In this document: positions 35,794 through 46,200 of the stretch, in pieces
Position numbering within the stretch: position 1 is the first letter of the stretch
How the letters are laid out: each line of letters begins with the position of its first letter
Assembly: GCA_965652315.1 (NCBI GenBank)
Contig: CBFGVZ010000001.1
Span: forward strand, 2,147 to 66,146
Length of the DNA stretch: 64,000 bases
Reading direction: 5' to 3'
Source of the DNA: an uncultured Saprospiraceae bacterium
GTDB lineage: Bacteria; Bacteroidota; Bacteroidia; Chitinophagales; Saprospiraceae
Notes under the pieces: model-generated
The model's database searches: none
Told to the model about the DNA's origin: nothing
The model's input: the letters and a program-made list of their open reading frames with translations, nothing else
Position numbers and translations under genes: made by a program

Positions 35794-36300
35794 ATGCAAA
35801 ACCTGATAAAATTTTGTGCTTTGATCCTGATTGTCGGCTTAGTTGGATGTGGTGGTTCGGGAGAAGACGGGCAGACGGATACCAGTAACACGACTTCCGA
35901 AACGGAGCAAGAAACGGAGCAACCGTCAACTTCATCCTCCAATGTTCCGGCCAGTGAACGAGTGGATCTTGAAAACAAAGGTATCGGGCCCATCACCAAT
36001 ATCGATTTACCTCCCGATATCGACCGGAAACTGGCGGTCAAAGGCAAGGAAATTTATGATTCCAAATGTGTGGCCTGTCATCATGTCGACACCAAGTTGA
36101 TCGGTCCGCCACAAAAAGGCATTCTGGAACGCCGTACCCCTGAGTGGATCATGAATATGATCATGAATCCCACCGAGATGCTGGAGAAGGATCCGCTGGC
36201 TATGGACCTGTTGGAAGAGTTTAATAATACACCCATGCTCGATCAAAACATCCAGGAGGATGAAGCCAGAGCATTGCTGGAATATTTCAGAACGTTGTAG
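35794..36300 (+). CDS. Lipoprotein c-type cytochrome
   Basis: Lipobox LVGC, an acidic linker, heme motif CVACH and a distal PM. Confidence 0.9.
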   Translation: MQNLIKFCALILIVGLVGCGGSGEDGQTDTSNTTSETEQETEQPSTSSSNVPASERVDLENKGIGPITNIDLPPDIDRKLAVKGKEIYDSKCVACHHVDTKLIGPPQKGILERRTPEWIMNMIMNPTEMLEKDPLAMDLLEEFNNTPMLDQNIQEDEARALLEYFRTL

Positions 36301-36327
36301 TCAATTAGCGTACTCCGAAATTAATTT

Positions 36328-37188
36328 TTACTGTGGCAGTAAATCAGTCAGTTTCCCCGATTCAAGGAGGGCAAACCTGCCACGGTCATCGACCTGAATG
36401 GTAGCGGCCTCCATTTCCGGGTCATGTTCGAAAAAGAGAATATCCTGAGTTTCCACCAGGTCTGTTAGAAAACGCTCTTTTTCTTCCATGGTTTTCAGAG
36501 GTTGCATATCATACGCCATGATATACGGGCGACGGATGTGCCAGCGGCCGGGAATGAGATCTGCACCGTACCATAAATGGCGATTGTTGCCGGGTAAAGG
36601 CACCCTTAGCAACATCATGGCCGTGGTGTGCCCGTACAAAAAACGGACGGATAGGTCGTCGATCCATGCTACATCTTCCGTTTGGATGTCGATCATTTGC
36701 AGTCGTCCCTGCTCCCTTAGCGGTACGAAGTTTTCTTTTAAAAACGATGCTGCTTCTCTTGGATTAGAGTGAAAAGCCCAGTCATAATGGACTTCATTGG
36801 ACCAGTATGTGGCATTGGGGAAGGTTGGCCGGATGTCACCACGTTCATTTCTGTACAATGCTCCACCCACATGGTCAAAATGCAAATGGGTCAGAAATAC
36901 ATCGGTGATCTCTTCCGGTTCAATCGAAATGGCCGCAAGCGACTCGGTTGATGACCTTCCGGATGAAGCGAATATGGACCGGAATTTCTCATCTTGCTTC
37001 GTACCAATTCCGGTATCCACCAGGATTTTTCGGTTTCCGTTTTCGATGAGAATGCTTCGCATGGCCCATTGGCACAGATTGCGATCATCCGGAGGATTGA
37101 GCTTACTCCACAGGACTTTGGGCACTACACCAAACATCGGGCCGCCATCGAGTTTGAAATATCCGGAAAGTACGGTTGTGATTTTCAT
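36328..37188 (-). CDS. MBL-fold metallo-hydrolase
   Basis: LDGG.MFGVVPK, THLHFDHVGG, GHT and FEHD motifs. Confidence 0.9.
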   Translation of the reverse strand: MKITTVLSGYFKLDGGPMFGVVPKVLWSKLNPPDDRNLCQWAMRSILIENGNRKILVDTGIGTKQDEKFRSIFASSGRSSTESLAAISIEPEEITDVFLTHLHFDHVGGALYRNERGDIRPTFPNATYWSNEVHYDWAFHSNPREAASFLKENFVPLREQGRLQMIDIQTEDVAWIDDLSVRFLYGHTTAMMLLRVPLPGNNRHLWYGADLIPGRWHIRRPYIMAYDMQPLKTMEEKERFLTDLVETQDILFFEHDPEMEAATIQVDDRGRFALLESGKLTDLLPQ

Positions 37189-37210
37189 CGTTTCAATTTA
37201 TGTACCTGAA

Positions 37211-37738
37211 TCAGACACTTTTGAATGGCTTGAAACCAATTTGTTTTTTGGTCTGCTTTTTGAGTTTTTGTTCCAGCGCAATCATTTCCAGTGCAGCGTG
37301 TGCAGCTTCTTTACCTTTGTTTTCCCTGGAACCATCCGCCCGTGCAAAGGCCTGTGCTTCATTGTTGACGGTAAGAACGCCAAAAACGAAAGGCTTCCCA
37401 TATCGAAGGTTTAGCCCCATTATGGCGCTCGTAATTCCCTGATTGATAAATACATCATGGTCGGTTTCTCCTTTGATCACACATCCCAGACAAATAACAG
37501 CATCAGGTTGGACGGTGCTTTCAAGATACTGTGCGCCCAGTGGCAATTCAAAGCTGCCGGGAACCATTTCGTGAAAAATGTTTTCCACGGGAATTCCGGA
37601 GTCTTGCAGGGCTTTTAGACATTCATCGGCCATCTTGTCGGTAATGGCCATGTTCCACCGGGCCTGGACGATGCCGATTTTGAGTCGTTCCGGATCTTCA
37701 ATTTCAATTTTCGAGTCGATTTTTCCTTTTATGCTCAT
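37211..37738 (-). CDS. ribH: 6,7-dimethyl-8-ribityllumazine synthase
   Basis: VPGSFELP, LGCVIKGETDH, FGVLT and NKG.EAA motifs. Confidence 0.95.
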   Translation of the reverse strand: MSIKGKIDSKIEIEDPERLKIGIVQARWNMAITDKMADECLKALQDSGIPVENIFHEMVPGSFELPLGAQYLESTVQPDAVICLGCVIKGETDHDVFINQGITSAIMGLNLRYGKPFVFGVLTVNNEAQAFARADGSRENKGKEAAHAALEMIALEQKLKKQTKKQIGFKPFKSV

Positions 37739-37785
37739 TAGGCTGTAAATTTTTGAGGGTCATTAAACATTTGAATTTTTGCCAC

Positions 37786-37815
37786 AAAAAAAGGCGGGTT
37801 TGAATGCCCGCCTTT
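37786..37815 (-). terminator. Rho-independent terminator downstream of the TPR gene
   Basis: Minus strand reads AAAGGCGGG-cattcaaa-CCCGCCTTT-TTTT. Confidence 0.75.
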
Positions 37816-37856
37816 AAGATATTAAAAGTTTGAAGTAGTGCAACTTATAAGGTCAA

Positions 37857-38513
37857 TTAATTCAGACTCTGACTGTACTGAATGTTGTCGATGTATTTTT
37901 TGATATTGTATCCGTCCGGGCTTTGCGGGTATTTTTCCTGAATTTTCTGATAGGCACTTAATGCCTGATCATATTCACCCTGGTGCTCGTACAACATGCC
38001 CAGTTTTTTCAGGTAATATGGGGTCAGATAGTTATTGTCTCCGGCACTGACCGCTTTTTTGTAATAATTGATAGCCTGGTCATATTCTTCCAATTCGGAA
38101 TATGCATCACCGAGTGCACCGTTTTTGGTAATAGGGGTCAGGCTTCCGTCCGCTTTGAAATCTTTCAGGTATGAAATTGCTGCTTCGTATTTTCCTAGCT
38201 TGAGATAGGATATCCCAGCGTAATATTCCGCCAGATTTGCAGTTTTGGTCCCGCTGTACTCATCAATAATATCCAATAGTCCCATGTTCCCGGCGCCAGG
38301 ACTCAACAGGGCATTTTCAAAGGAATCACGCTCAAACTGTAATTCAGCCATATATATCGCATTCACTGCTTCCTGTTCGCGGGGTTTTTGATACAGATGC
38401 GTATAAGCCAGATAGCCGACTACCAGAATGACTATGGCCGCCACCGCTCCTACGATGAGTTTCTGGTTCTGCTCAAAGAAGTTTTCGGTTTTAATTTCTC
38501 GTTTTATGGACAT
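37857..38513 (-). CDS. Membrane-anchored tetratricopeptide repeat protein (YfgM-like)
   Basis: One N-terminal TM segment followed by TPRs (YYAGISYLKLGKYEAA, LGDAYSEL). Confidence 0.85.
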   Translation of the reverse strand: MSIKREIKTENFFEQNQKLIVGAVAAIVILVVGYLAYTHLYQKPREQEAVNAIYMAELQFERDSFENALLSPGAGNMGLLDIIDEYSGTKTANLAEYYAGISYLKLGKYEAAISYLKDFKADGSLTPITKNGALGDAYSELEEYDQAINYYKKAVSAGDNNYLTPYYLKKLGMLYEHQGEYDQALSAYQKIQEKYPQSPDGYNIKKYIDNIQYSQSLN

Positions 38514-38553
38514 ATAAATTTTTATTCAACTCCCTCAAATATGAAAATTCAGG

Positions 38554-38561
38554 CAAAAGTA
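38554..38561 (-). promoter_or_regulatory. Bacteroidota -7 promoter box for the TPR gene
   Basis: TACTTTTG on the minus strand, 40 nt upstream of the ATG. Confidence 0.55.
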
Positions 38562-38697
38562 TAAAAATTCTATAATATTGATCTGATTGTAGCGCTGAAT
38601 GTTGTAAAAAGTATGCCGATTTCTGCTCTGTCGGATCGGTAATCGTTTTTTTGCCGATGAATCGACATTCGAGCCCTGTTTTTAATGTCCGTACGAT

Positions 38698-39723
38698 TTA
38701 TTTCAGGAAAGGGTAATCGTCCTCTACATAGTTGTCGTCATACAACTCGGCAGGATCGGGATAATCGGATTCTTCAGCGAATTTAACGGATTGCTCTATG
38801 ATCTTTTTTATATCATCCTTGATCTGTTTGATTTCCTTTTCAGTGGCGATTTCTTCTTCGATCAATTTCTTTTCAAGCATTTTGACGGGATCTTTTTCCT
38901 GGTATGATTTGAGTTCTTCCTTGGTCCGGTATTTCGCCGGATCAGAAACCGAATGTCCTTTATACCGGTAAGTTTCCACTTCCAGAAAATATGGACCATT
39001 GCCCGACCGGATATAATCTGCTGCTTCCCGGAAAGCATGATGTACAGCCTCGGGATTCATCCCATCTACCGCTTTACTCGGGATTTCAAATACGTTCCCC
39101 ACTTTATAAATGTCCGTCAAACTAGAAGTACGTTCGACGGATGTACCCATGGCATAATTGTTGTTTTCACAGACGTACAGGACTGGAATATTCCACGTTT
39201 TGGCCATATTAAAAGACTCGTATAGGGCACCCTGGCGAGCGGCGCCATCACCGAACATACAGACCGCAATCCGGTCGGTTTCATTATACTTTTCTGCGAA
39301 ACCGATCCCGGTACCTATCGGAATTTGTGCTGCGACGATACCGTTCCCACCGAAATACCTGTTTTCTTTTGAAAAAAAGTGCATCGATCCGCCCTTGCCT
39401 TTGACGACACCGGTTTTCTTGCCCCACAGTTCGGCCATGCAGGCATCTGCACTGACACCTTTCATCAGAGCAATGCCGTGTTGCCGATATCCGGTCACTA
39501 CTGCATCGTCCGGTCGCAGTGCGGTTTTCATTCCAGCAGCGATGGCTTCCTGTCCGATATAAACATGGAGGAATCCACGGATGTTCTGTTTACCGTATTC
39601 CATCAAAGAACGTTCCTCAAAGCGACGGATCAGTAGCATGGTTTCATACCAGGTGAGGTAAGTTTCCTTACTGAATTCTTCCTTATCTTTGGTCTTTGTA
39701 TTTTTATTGGTCTGGGTGGCCAT
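38698..39723 (-). CDS. pdhA: Pyruvate dehydrogenase E1 alpha subunit
   Basis: GFLHVYIGQEA, GKGGSMH, GDGAARQG...NN.YAMGT and YRYKGHSVSDP motifs. Confidence 0.97.
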   Translation of the reverse strand: MATQTNKNTKTKDKEEFSKETYLTWYETMLLIRRFEERSLMEYGKQNIRGFLHVYIGQEAIAAGMKTALRPDDAVVTGYRQHGIALMKGVSADACMAELWGKKTGVVKGKGGSMHFFSKENRYFGGNGIVAAQIPIGTGIGFAEKYNETDRIAVCMFGDGAARQGALYESFNMAKTWNIPVLYVCENNNYAMGTSVERTSSLTDIYKVGNVFEIPSKAVDGMNPEAVHHAFREAADYIRSGNGPYFLEVETYRYKGHSVSDPAKYRTKEELKSYQEKDPVKMLEKKLIEEEIATEKEIKQIKDDIKKIIEQSVKFAEESDYPDPAELYDDNYVEDDYPFLK

Positions 39724-39776
39724 AGTATTTTTAATTGGTTAAACGGCATCCTTTTTCCTGCCTCAAAATTGGAACT

Positions 39777-39784
39777 CAAAGATA
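39777..39784 (-). promoter_or_regulatory. Bacteroidota -7 promoter box for pdhA
   Basis: TATCTTTG on the minus strand. Confidence 0.55.
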
Positions 39785-39833
39785 TGAAATCTGGTATATT
39801 AAAAACAAATGCTGATCACAAAATATACTTCCG

Positions 39834-40931
39834 TTGCAAATAGACAGACTCAAATTGGTGAATTTCAAGAATTACCAGGCCTTCAATGTTGATTTCCATC
39901 CCCGACTCAATTTGATTTTGGGCAATAATGGCGTCGGTAAGACCAACATTCTGGATGCATTATATTATCTGGCATTTGGTAAGAGTTATTATGCGATCGC
40001 GGATCGGAAACTGATCCGTTTTGAGGCCATGAAAGGAAAGGACAGCTTTTTTCGGGTGGAGGCTTCCAGTGCGAGCACAGATCGTTTTGTGATGACTTAC
40101 GCACCAGATCGGGGTAAAACCATCTCCCGAAATGACGTGGAATACGATCGGATCTCGGATCACATCGGGGAAATACCGCTGGTGTCTATTTTTCCGGAGG
40201 ATATTTATCTGATCCGGCATGGTTCAGCGTTGCGTCGAAAATTTGTGGATGGCACGATCGGCCAGTTGGATCGGACTTATCTGAATGCCTTACTGCGATA
40301 CAATCAGGTCCTTCGCCAGAAGAACGAATTGTTGAAAAACCGAAGGATCAGTTTTTCAGATAAAACCATTCTCCTCGACAAATACGATCTGGATCTCATT
40401 CCATTGATCGCCACCATCGAACAGGGACGGACGGAATTTACGAAGGACTTTGACCCGTTATTCACCTCCTATTACCGCAAAATTGTTCAGCAGGATTCGG
40501 AAACAGCACAGGTGGAATATGACCGTTCCTTCCAATCCAATGATATCGGAAAGGAACTGAAAGCACGCCGGCATATTGATATGGAGAAGTTCCGTTCCAC
40601 CGTAGGACCCCACAAAGACGATTTTAAATTATTACTCTATGGCCAACCGGCCCGGCATTTTGCCAGCCAGGGTCAGCAGAAAAGTATTTTGTTTGCTTTG
40701 AAACTGGCTCAGAATGCCTATATTAAAGGTGTTTTAAAGCGAAGCCCGGTCCTGTTGCTGGATGATTTTTTTGAGAAACTCGACCAACGCCGGATCCACC
40801 ATGTGATGACCATTCTTGCATCCGAACATTCTGGCCAGATCTTCGTTACGGATACTGACCGGGAGCGGATGATCCGTATGGCTGAAAATGCAGGGCTTGA
40901 ATATGCGACCATCCCCATCAGTGAAGAATAA
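39834..40931 (+). CDS. recF: DNA replication/repair protein RecF
   Basis: Walker A GNNGVGKT, GPHKDD, ASQGQQK and LLLDD motifs; TTG start. Confidence 0.95.
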   Translation: MQIDRLKLVNFKNYQAFNVDFHPRLNLILGNNGVGKTNILDALYYLAFGKSYYAIADRKLIRFEAMKGKDSFFRVEASSASTDRFVMTYAPDRGKTISRNDVEYDRISDHIGEIPLVSIFPEDIYLIRHGSALRRKFVDGTIGQLDRTYLNALLRYNQVLRQKNELLKNRRISFSDKTILLDKYDLDLIPLIATIEQGRTEFTKDFDPLFTSYYRKIVQQDSETAQVEYDRSFQSNDIGKELKARRHIDMEKFRSTVGPHKDDFKLLLYGQPARHFASQGQQKSILFALKLAQNAYIKGVLKRSPVLLLDDFFEKLDQRRIHHVMTILASEHSGQIFVTDTDRERMIRMAENAGLEYATIPISEE

Positions 40932-40946
40932 AAAACATTATGATTC

Positions 40947-41240
40947 ATGACATCCAAAGACGAAACCAGAAACATCAGAAATATCCTTTCCGCAATCGCC
41001 AGTGACCCCCGATATGCCGGTAAGTTGGATGAAAAAAAAATTGAAAAGGTATGGCACGAAACCAATAACGCTTATGTGGTGCAACGTACCCGCAAGATCA
41101 CCTTTCGGGACGGAAAGCTAATCCTGTACATCGATTCCGCACCGCTTCGGCAGGAACTTTTCAATTCCCGTGAACAAATCCGTGAAAAAGTTAATAAAGC
41201 GTTGGATGGCGAGATCGTGGAAGAAATTGTAATCCGTTGA
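40947..41240 (+). CDS. DUF721 / DciA family protein
   Basis: Follows recF; W......T..I.FRDGKL.L..DSAPLRQEL pattern. Confidence 0.8.
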   Translation: MTSKDETRNIRNILSAIASDPRYAGKLDEKKIEKVWHETNNAYVVQRTRKITFRDGKLILYIDSAPLRQELFNSREQIREKVNKALDGEIVEEIVIR

Positions 41241-41327
41241 GAAGTGGTAGCAGGAATGGATCGTGTTGAAACGGGGCAACAGAGAATGAAGAGGTTCATT
41301 ACTCACTTACACGCCCCGGGTTGATCA

Positions 41328-42962
41328 CTATTTCGCCATTTGCTGCGCCATCTGATATGCCTTATATGCGTTGATTCTTTTTCCGGATACACTGAGGGAG
41401 TCGAAATCCACCTTTTCTCCGGTGCCGGGTTGGATAACAGGGATATCGATGGAATCACCGGATTTCATGATAATCTCTTTCACCTCTTCAGCACTGAGAG
41501 AAGGAAAATTAGCCCGGATTATAGCTGCAACACCCGCTACAACAGGTGAGGCGAAACTCGTACCGGAAGCGAATTTATATTGATTACCTGGTTCGGCGGA
41601 ATAGACCAGATGGCCGGGAGCAAAAATATCCACATTCTTTTGGCCGTAGTTGGAGAAGGAAGCCACACTGTTTTCATCAGTCAGACGACTCAGAGCACCC
41701 ACCTCGATCCAACCTTTGGCATACTTTTTACCACCGAACAATCCGCGCTTTTTATATAGATCTGTCGGGTAATTTTCTTCTACATCTATATCCATATTTG
41801 AGTTTCCGGCTGCATGTACCAGCAGAACATCGTTTTTCACTGCGTATTTGACCGCTTTATCTACTATTTTTTTATCCGGAGAGTATCCTTTTCCGAAACT
41901 CATATTGATCACTTTGGCGCCATTATCCACGGCATAGATGATGCCATTGGCCACATCCTTATCCCGTTCATCGCCATCCGGTACTACACGAACGCCCATG
42001 ATTTCCACCTGATCCGAAATACCGAGCATACCAAGGTCATTGTTTCGGTCTGCACCAATGATGCCGGCTACGAAAGTTCCATGGAATGCATCTGGACCAG
42101 CGATGTCATTGTTACCGTAATATTTCTGGGTTTTATTGGAATAATCATCCTGTACGATGTCCCGGGGATCGAATTCCGGGTTGTACCCGTATTTGAATTT
42201 GGATTCAAAGTAATTTGCGCCTTCCTCAAAATCCTCCAGAATGAAGGATTCGAAAGCTTCATAATTGCTGAATGACTGGCCGGTGTTCTGAAGTATATTT
42301 TCCAATACAGCTAAAACCTGGCTATTGGCCTGGTTGTTATCTTTTTTCATTTCATTCACACTAGACGTGCTGATCTCCTGATTGTTGCCAACTACATTTT
42401 TGGTCATTTCCAGGAAATTGTTGATGAAAATCTTCTGGTTTGAAATTTCATCGTATTGATTTCGGGCTTTTTCCGATTCTTCTTCAATTTTCTCCTGGAA
42501 TTCCAGGTATTGGTTGTATTCGGCCCGTTCTTTTTTGTTTAGGGTCTTGGGATCGACTGATTCGAATTTTTTGTGCATTTTTGCATAGAGCCGGGTGATT
42601 TCATAAGTATCGTGATTCACATTGCGACCATCGGGACCACCGATAAAGTTCCAGCCATACACATCATCTACATAACCATTCTGGTCATCGTCCACCTTGT
42701 TTCCTGTTTTTTCTCCCGGATTCACCCACATGACGTCTTTGAGATCCTCGTGTTCGGGGTCGACACCCCCATCAATGACTGCGACGATTATTTTATTTTC
42801 CGGATTGTGAATCAGATTATTTTCATAGATGGGACTGACATTGGCTCCATTGGTGGAATCCGTTCCAAGGAGGTGCCAGTTTTCTTCCTGTGCATCTGAA
42901 ATAATTAAGAATGACAAGAAAAATAAAAAGGTGGAAAATATGGTTTTGAAGGAGTAAGTCAT
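41328..42962 (-). CDS. Secreted S8 (subtilisin-like) serine peptidase
   Basis: Signal peptide; catalytic triad VAVIDGG, HGTFVAG and GTSFASP; NMSFG and HAAGN motifs. Confidence 0.95.
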   Translation of the reverse strand: MTYSFKTIFSTFLFFLSFLIISDAQEENWHLLGTDSTNGANVSPIYENNLIHNPENKIIVAVIDGGVDPEHEDLKDVMWVNPGEKTGNKVDDDQNGYVDDVYGWNFIGGPDGRNVNHDTYEITRLYAKMHKKFESVDPKTLNKKERAEYNQYLEFQEKIEEESEKARNQYDEISNQKIFINNFLEMTKNVVGNNQEISTSSVNEMKKDNNQANSQVLAVLENILQNTGQSFSNYEAFESFILEDFEEGANYFESKFKYGYNPEFDPRDIVQDDYSNKTQKYYGNNDIAGPDAFHGTFVAGIIGADRNNDLGMLGISDQVEIMGVRVVPDGDERDKDVANGIIYAVDNGAKVINMSFGKGYSPDKKIVDKAVKYAVKNDVLLVHAAGNSNMDIDVEENYPTDLYKKRGLFGGKKYAKGWIEVGALSRLTDENSVASFSNYGQKNVDIFAPGHLVYSAEPGNQYKFASGTSFASPVVAGVAAIIRANFPSLSAEEVKEIIMKSGDSIDIPVIQPGTGEKVDFDSLSVSGKRINAYKAYQMAQQMAK

Positions 42963-43078
42963 ATGATGAGAATTGATAATTACTGATTTTGCGGACGAAA
43001 CTACATTTTTTTACATTAATCAGCCGGGACGTTATACATTCAGTAACATTTTTATCGACAAATGAACGGGGTTATTGT

Positions 43079-43990
43079 ATGAAGCAATTTATTCAAGCCA
43101 TAATAACGACGGGTGTATTCATTTTATTTTTGGTGCGTCCAGTTCAGGCCCAGACACTTGAGCTAGGCATAGGTCTTGGTTTGTCGGCATACAATGGAGA
43201 CGTGCTTCCTGAGACCTTTGCGTTTCCCAAGACTTCGGGTTTTGCGGGGCAATTACAGCTTTCAATGCACGTCAACGAACGGATTCGGGCACAGTTATTT
43301 TACAATCGTGGTCGATTAACGGGTTCAGATGCTGATTTTGAGGTGTACGATCGGAACCTGACTTTTTCGACGAACATCGATGAGGTCGGACTGCGGGGAT
43401 TTTTCAATGTCCTTCCTTTTGATCCTTATGGTGAGTCGGGGAGCCCGTTCACGTTTTACGCCGGGGGAGGGGTCAGCGTCTATCATTTCAATCCCTTCAC
43501 CACCAATCTACAGGGCCAGAAGATATATTTGCAAGAAATCGGTACAGCCGGTCAATATCTGCCCGATGAGGCGGAACATCCCAGGCCTTACAATTTGACA
43601 CAGCTTGGAATTCCCCTGACAGCGGGTATTTCCTGGGCAGTGACACCGCGAATCATTTTGAGTGTGGAAGCGGATTATCGCGTGTTGTTCACGGATTATC
43701 TCGATGATATTGCCAACGATCCGCACCCCGATTTCGATAATTTACTACTTCAGAATGATCAGGCTGCCCTACTAACCAATCGGGCCTGGGAGCTTATTTA
43801 TGATCCCGATGCCGGTCTCAACCCTATCGATGTCGCCCGGAATTATTACCAGTCCAACAATCTGAGTAGTAGATTGCGTTCGGTGGGAACGAGCAATGAT
43901 GTATTTGGGTTTTTGCTATTTCGGGTTTCTTTTTTACTGGAGGATTTTTCTCTGGGCGGGAAAACGGGTTTTGGATGTTATAAATTTTAA
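43079..43990 (+). CDS. DUF6089-like outer membrane beta-barrel protein
   Basis: Likely start ATG 43079 with a signal peptide; Y.GD, G.L.G.D, F.P and FTDYLDD motifs. Confidence 0.65.
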   Translation: MKQFIQAIITTGVFILFLVRPVQAQTLELGIGLGLSAYNGDVLPETFAFPKTSGFAGQLQLSMHVNERIRAQLFYNRGRLTGSDADFEVYDRNLTFSTNIDEVGLRGFFNVLPFDPYGESGSPFTFYAGGGVSVYHFNPFTTNLQGQKIYLQEIGTAGQYLPDEAEHPRPYNLTQLGIPLTAGISWAVTPRIILSVEADYRVLFTDYLDDIANDPHPDFDNLLLQNDQAALLTNRAWELIYDPDAGLNPIDVARNYYQSNNLSSRLRSVGTSNDVFGFLLFRVSFLLEDFSLGGKTGFGCYKF

Positions 43991-44310
43991 AATACTACTT
44001 ATAAAAGTTTACCGAAGAGCTACAGGATTTGCGACTTCTTCAAAATAAAATGAAACCACCTCGACCTGAACTGGTACTGGACTGGTATAAAAACCAAAAT
44101 ACGAAAAAAATTCTCCGGAGGAAGGAATACGTAGCTTCAGGATTTTTCTACACTTTCTTCAGAACCTGAAACCTATTCCGGGGGAAAGCCACATCCCACC
44201 AACAAATATGGCTTCAGATTTCTGCCTCCAAATTCCCATCCCTTCCAGATGGAATCGTTTACTTTTTGTTACTTTACAATCTATTTGTGACCTATTCGTA
44301 AACGGGTGAT

Positions 44311-46200
44311 TTGACTGATTTTCTGCACATACTCAGACAATACTGGGGGTATGATTCCTTCCGGAAATCCCAGGAAGAGGCAATCCTATCCATCTGCTCC
44401 GGCAGAGATACTATGGCTATCCTGCCAACTGGAGGCGGGAAATCCCTGTTGTACCAACTCCCGGCACTACATTTGGGTGGCGTCACACTTGTCGTATCGC
44501 CGCTTATTGCCCTAATGGATGATCAGGTGTGGCAATTGCAAAGACGGGGAATTTCAGCTTATGCCTGGCACAGTGGTAAATCAGCACATGAGCAGCAGGT
44601 TATCCTGGAGAACGTATTGCGTAGTAAGGAGGCCGTTTTGTTATATGTTTCTCCTGAACGACTGGAGACCGAGGCTTTTACTCATTTTAGCAAGCAGATT
44701 GATCTACGCCTTCTGGCTGTGGACGAAGCGCATTGCATTTCTCAGTGGGGGCACGATTTCCGCCCGGCTTACAGAAATATCAGGCAGTTTCGGACAGCAC
44801 ATCCCACTTTGCGGGTCATCGCCCTGACCGCTACGGCTACACCCCGCGTGGAAGCGGATATTATCGACCAACTGGAGATGGACAATCCCCGGGTTTTTCG
44901 ACAGTCCGTGTATAAACCCAACCTCAACCTCTATGTTCTGGAGGAAACTGATAAGTACAAATTCATTGTTCGGCATGTCCAAAGCTTGCCGGGAAGTGGC
45001 ATTATTTACATTCGGCACCGGAAGGGTACGGAAGAAATCGCACGTATGCTGTCGAATTACGGTATGAACGGAATGTATTATCACGCAGGAATATCACCGG
45101 AAGAACGACGGATCATTCAGGCCAAATGGCTGAGTGGTGAGTACAGGTTTGTGGTGGCGACCAATGCATTTGGTATGGGGATTGATAAGCCTGATGTCCG
45201 CTGGATCATTCATATGGCACCGGTGGCCACTGTGGAGGAATATTATCAGGAGACGGGTCGTGCCGGACGGGACGGACAGCCTGCCAAAGTGTACTTGTTA
45301 TGGAATGAGGAGGATTTCGAGAATATGACTAAAATTCTGAACATAGCTTATCCGGAAAAATCTGTACTCGAAGATGTGCTCAAACGATTTATTTATTATT
45401 ATAAAATACCCAGTGGAACGAGCCTGGTCGAACAACGGTTTGATATGGTCGCATTATCGGATCATCTTGAGATTTCTGCTTTCCAGATTCACAGCGTATT
45501 TTCACTGCTGATGAAAATGCAGATCCTGGAATATCAGGAACCGGTGATGCTTGAAGGCAAAGCTACTATTCTGGTTCAGCCACCACAGATCGCAGAAGTC
45601 AGGGCACAGCATCCCCGATTGTGTGAGGTACTGGAATATTGGATTCGCAGCCGTGACAATGCTTTTTGGGCGGAAATTCCGATAGATTTTGACGAGGTCA
45701 TGGAGGCATTATCCGCTTCCAGAAAGGATGTAATGCAACGTTTGGATGCCCTGCACCGTTATGGAATGATCGATTACCGCGCAGAAGCGGAGTTTGGTAT
45801 TATCCGGTTCCCGAATGGGAGGCCAGTGTTGGAACACTTGCAATACGATATGAAGATGGTGAAGGATCTGTATCAGCGACAATTGATCGGCATGGAACAG
45901 ATGATGCATTTTATCCGGGAAGGGCGGTGCAGATTCCGGTTTTTGCAGCGATATTTCGGCGAGGAAACGGATCGGATCTGTCGCCATTGTGATATCTTTT
46001 TTCGAAAGGTCGCCGGGCGACGAAAAGCGATTCACGAATTGTCTTCAAAATGGTGGGATGAAATTCCCCCGGAAGGCGTCGAATTGTCGGATCTTGTCGT
46101 TCGGGAACAAAATGAATTTCAGGCGCAGGAGGTCATACGATACCTTTACAGGGATCAGAGAATCAAGTATACAGGTGGTAAAATTTACAAAAACGGATGA
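44311..46200 (+). CDS. recQ: RecQ family ATP-dependent DNA helicase
   Basis: LPTGGGKS, VDEAHCISQWGHDFRPAY, ALTATAT, AFGMGIDK and YYQETGRAGRDG motifs; TTG start. Confidence 0.93.
   Translation: MTDFLHILRQYWGYDSFRKSQEEAILSICSGRDTMAILPTGGGKSLLYQLPALHLGGVTLVVSPLIALMDDQVWQLQRRGISAYAWHSGKSAHEQQVILENVLRSKEAVLLYVSPERLETEAFTHFSKQIDLRLLAVDEAHCISQWGHDFRPAYRNIRQFRTAHPTLRVIALTATATPRVEADIIDQLEMDNPRVFRQSVYKPNLNLYVLEETDKYKFIVRHVQSLPGSGIIYIRHRKGTEEIARMLSNYGMNGMYYHAGISPEERRIIQAKWLSGEYRFVVATNAFGMGIDKPDVRWIIHMAPVATVEEYYQETGRAGRDGQPAKVYLLWNEEDFENMTKILNIAYPEKSVLEDVLKRFIYYYKIPSGTSLVEQRFDMVALSDHLEISAFQIHSVFSLLMKMQILEYQEPVMLEGKATILVQPPQIAEVRAQHPRLCEVLEYWIRSRDNAFWAEIPIDFDEVMEALSASRKDVMQRLDALHRYGMIDYRAEAEFGIIRFPNGRPVLEHLQYDMKMVKDLYQRQLIGMEQMMHFIREGRCRFRFLQRYFGEETDRICRHCDIFFRKVAGRRKAIHELSSKWWDEIPPEGVELSDLVVREQNEFQAQEVIRYLYRDQRIKYTGGKIYKNG

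Noticed and set aside
44050-44169. 39-aa small ORF (MKPPRPELVLDW...) between the DUF6089-like gene and recQ
   Set aside because: No motif or other support; it cannot be distinguished from a chance ORF.
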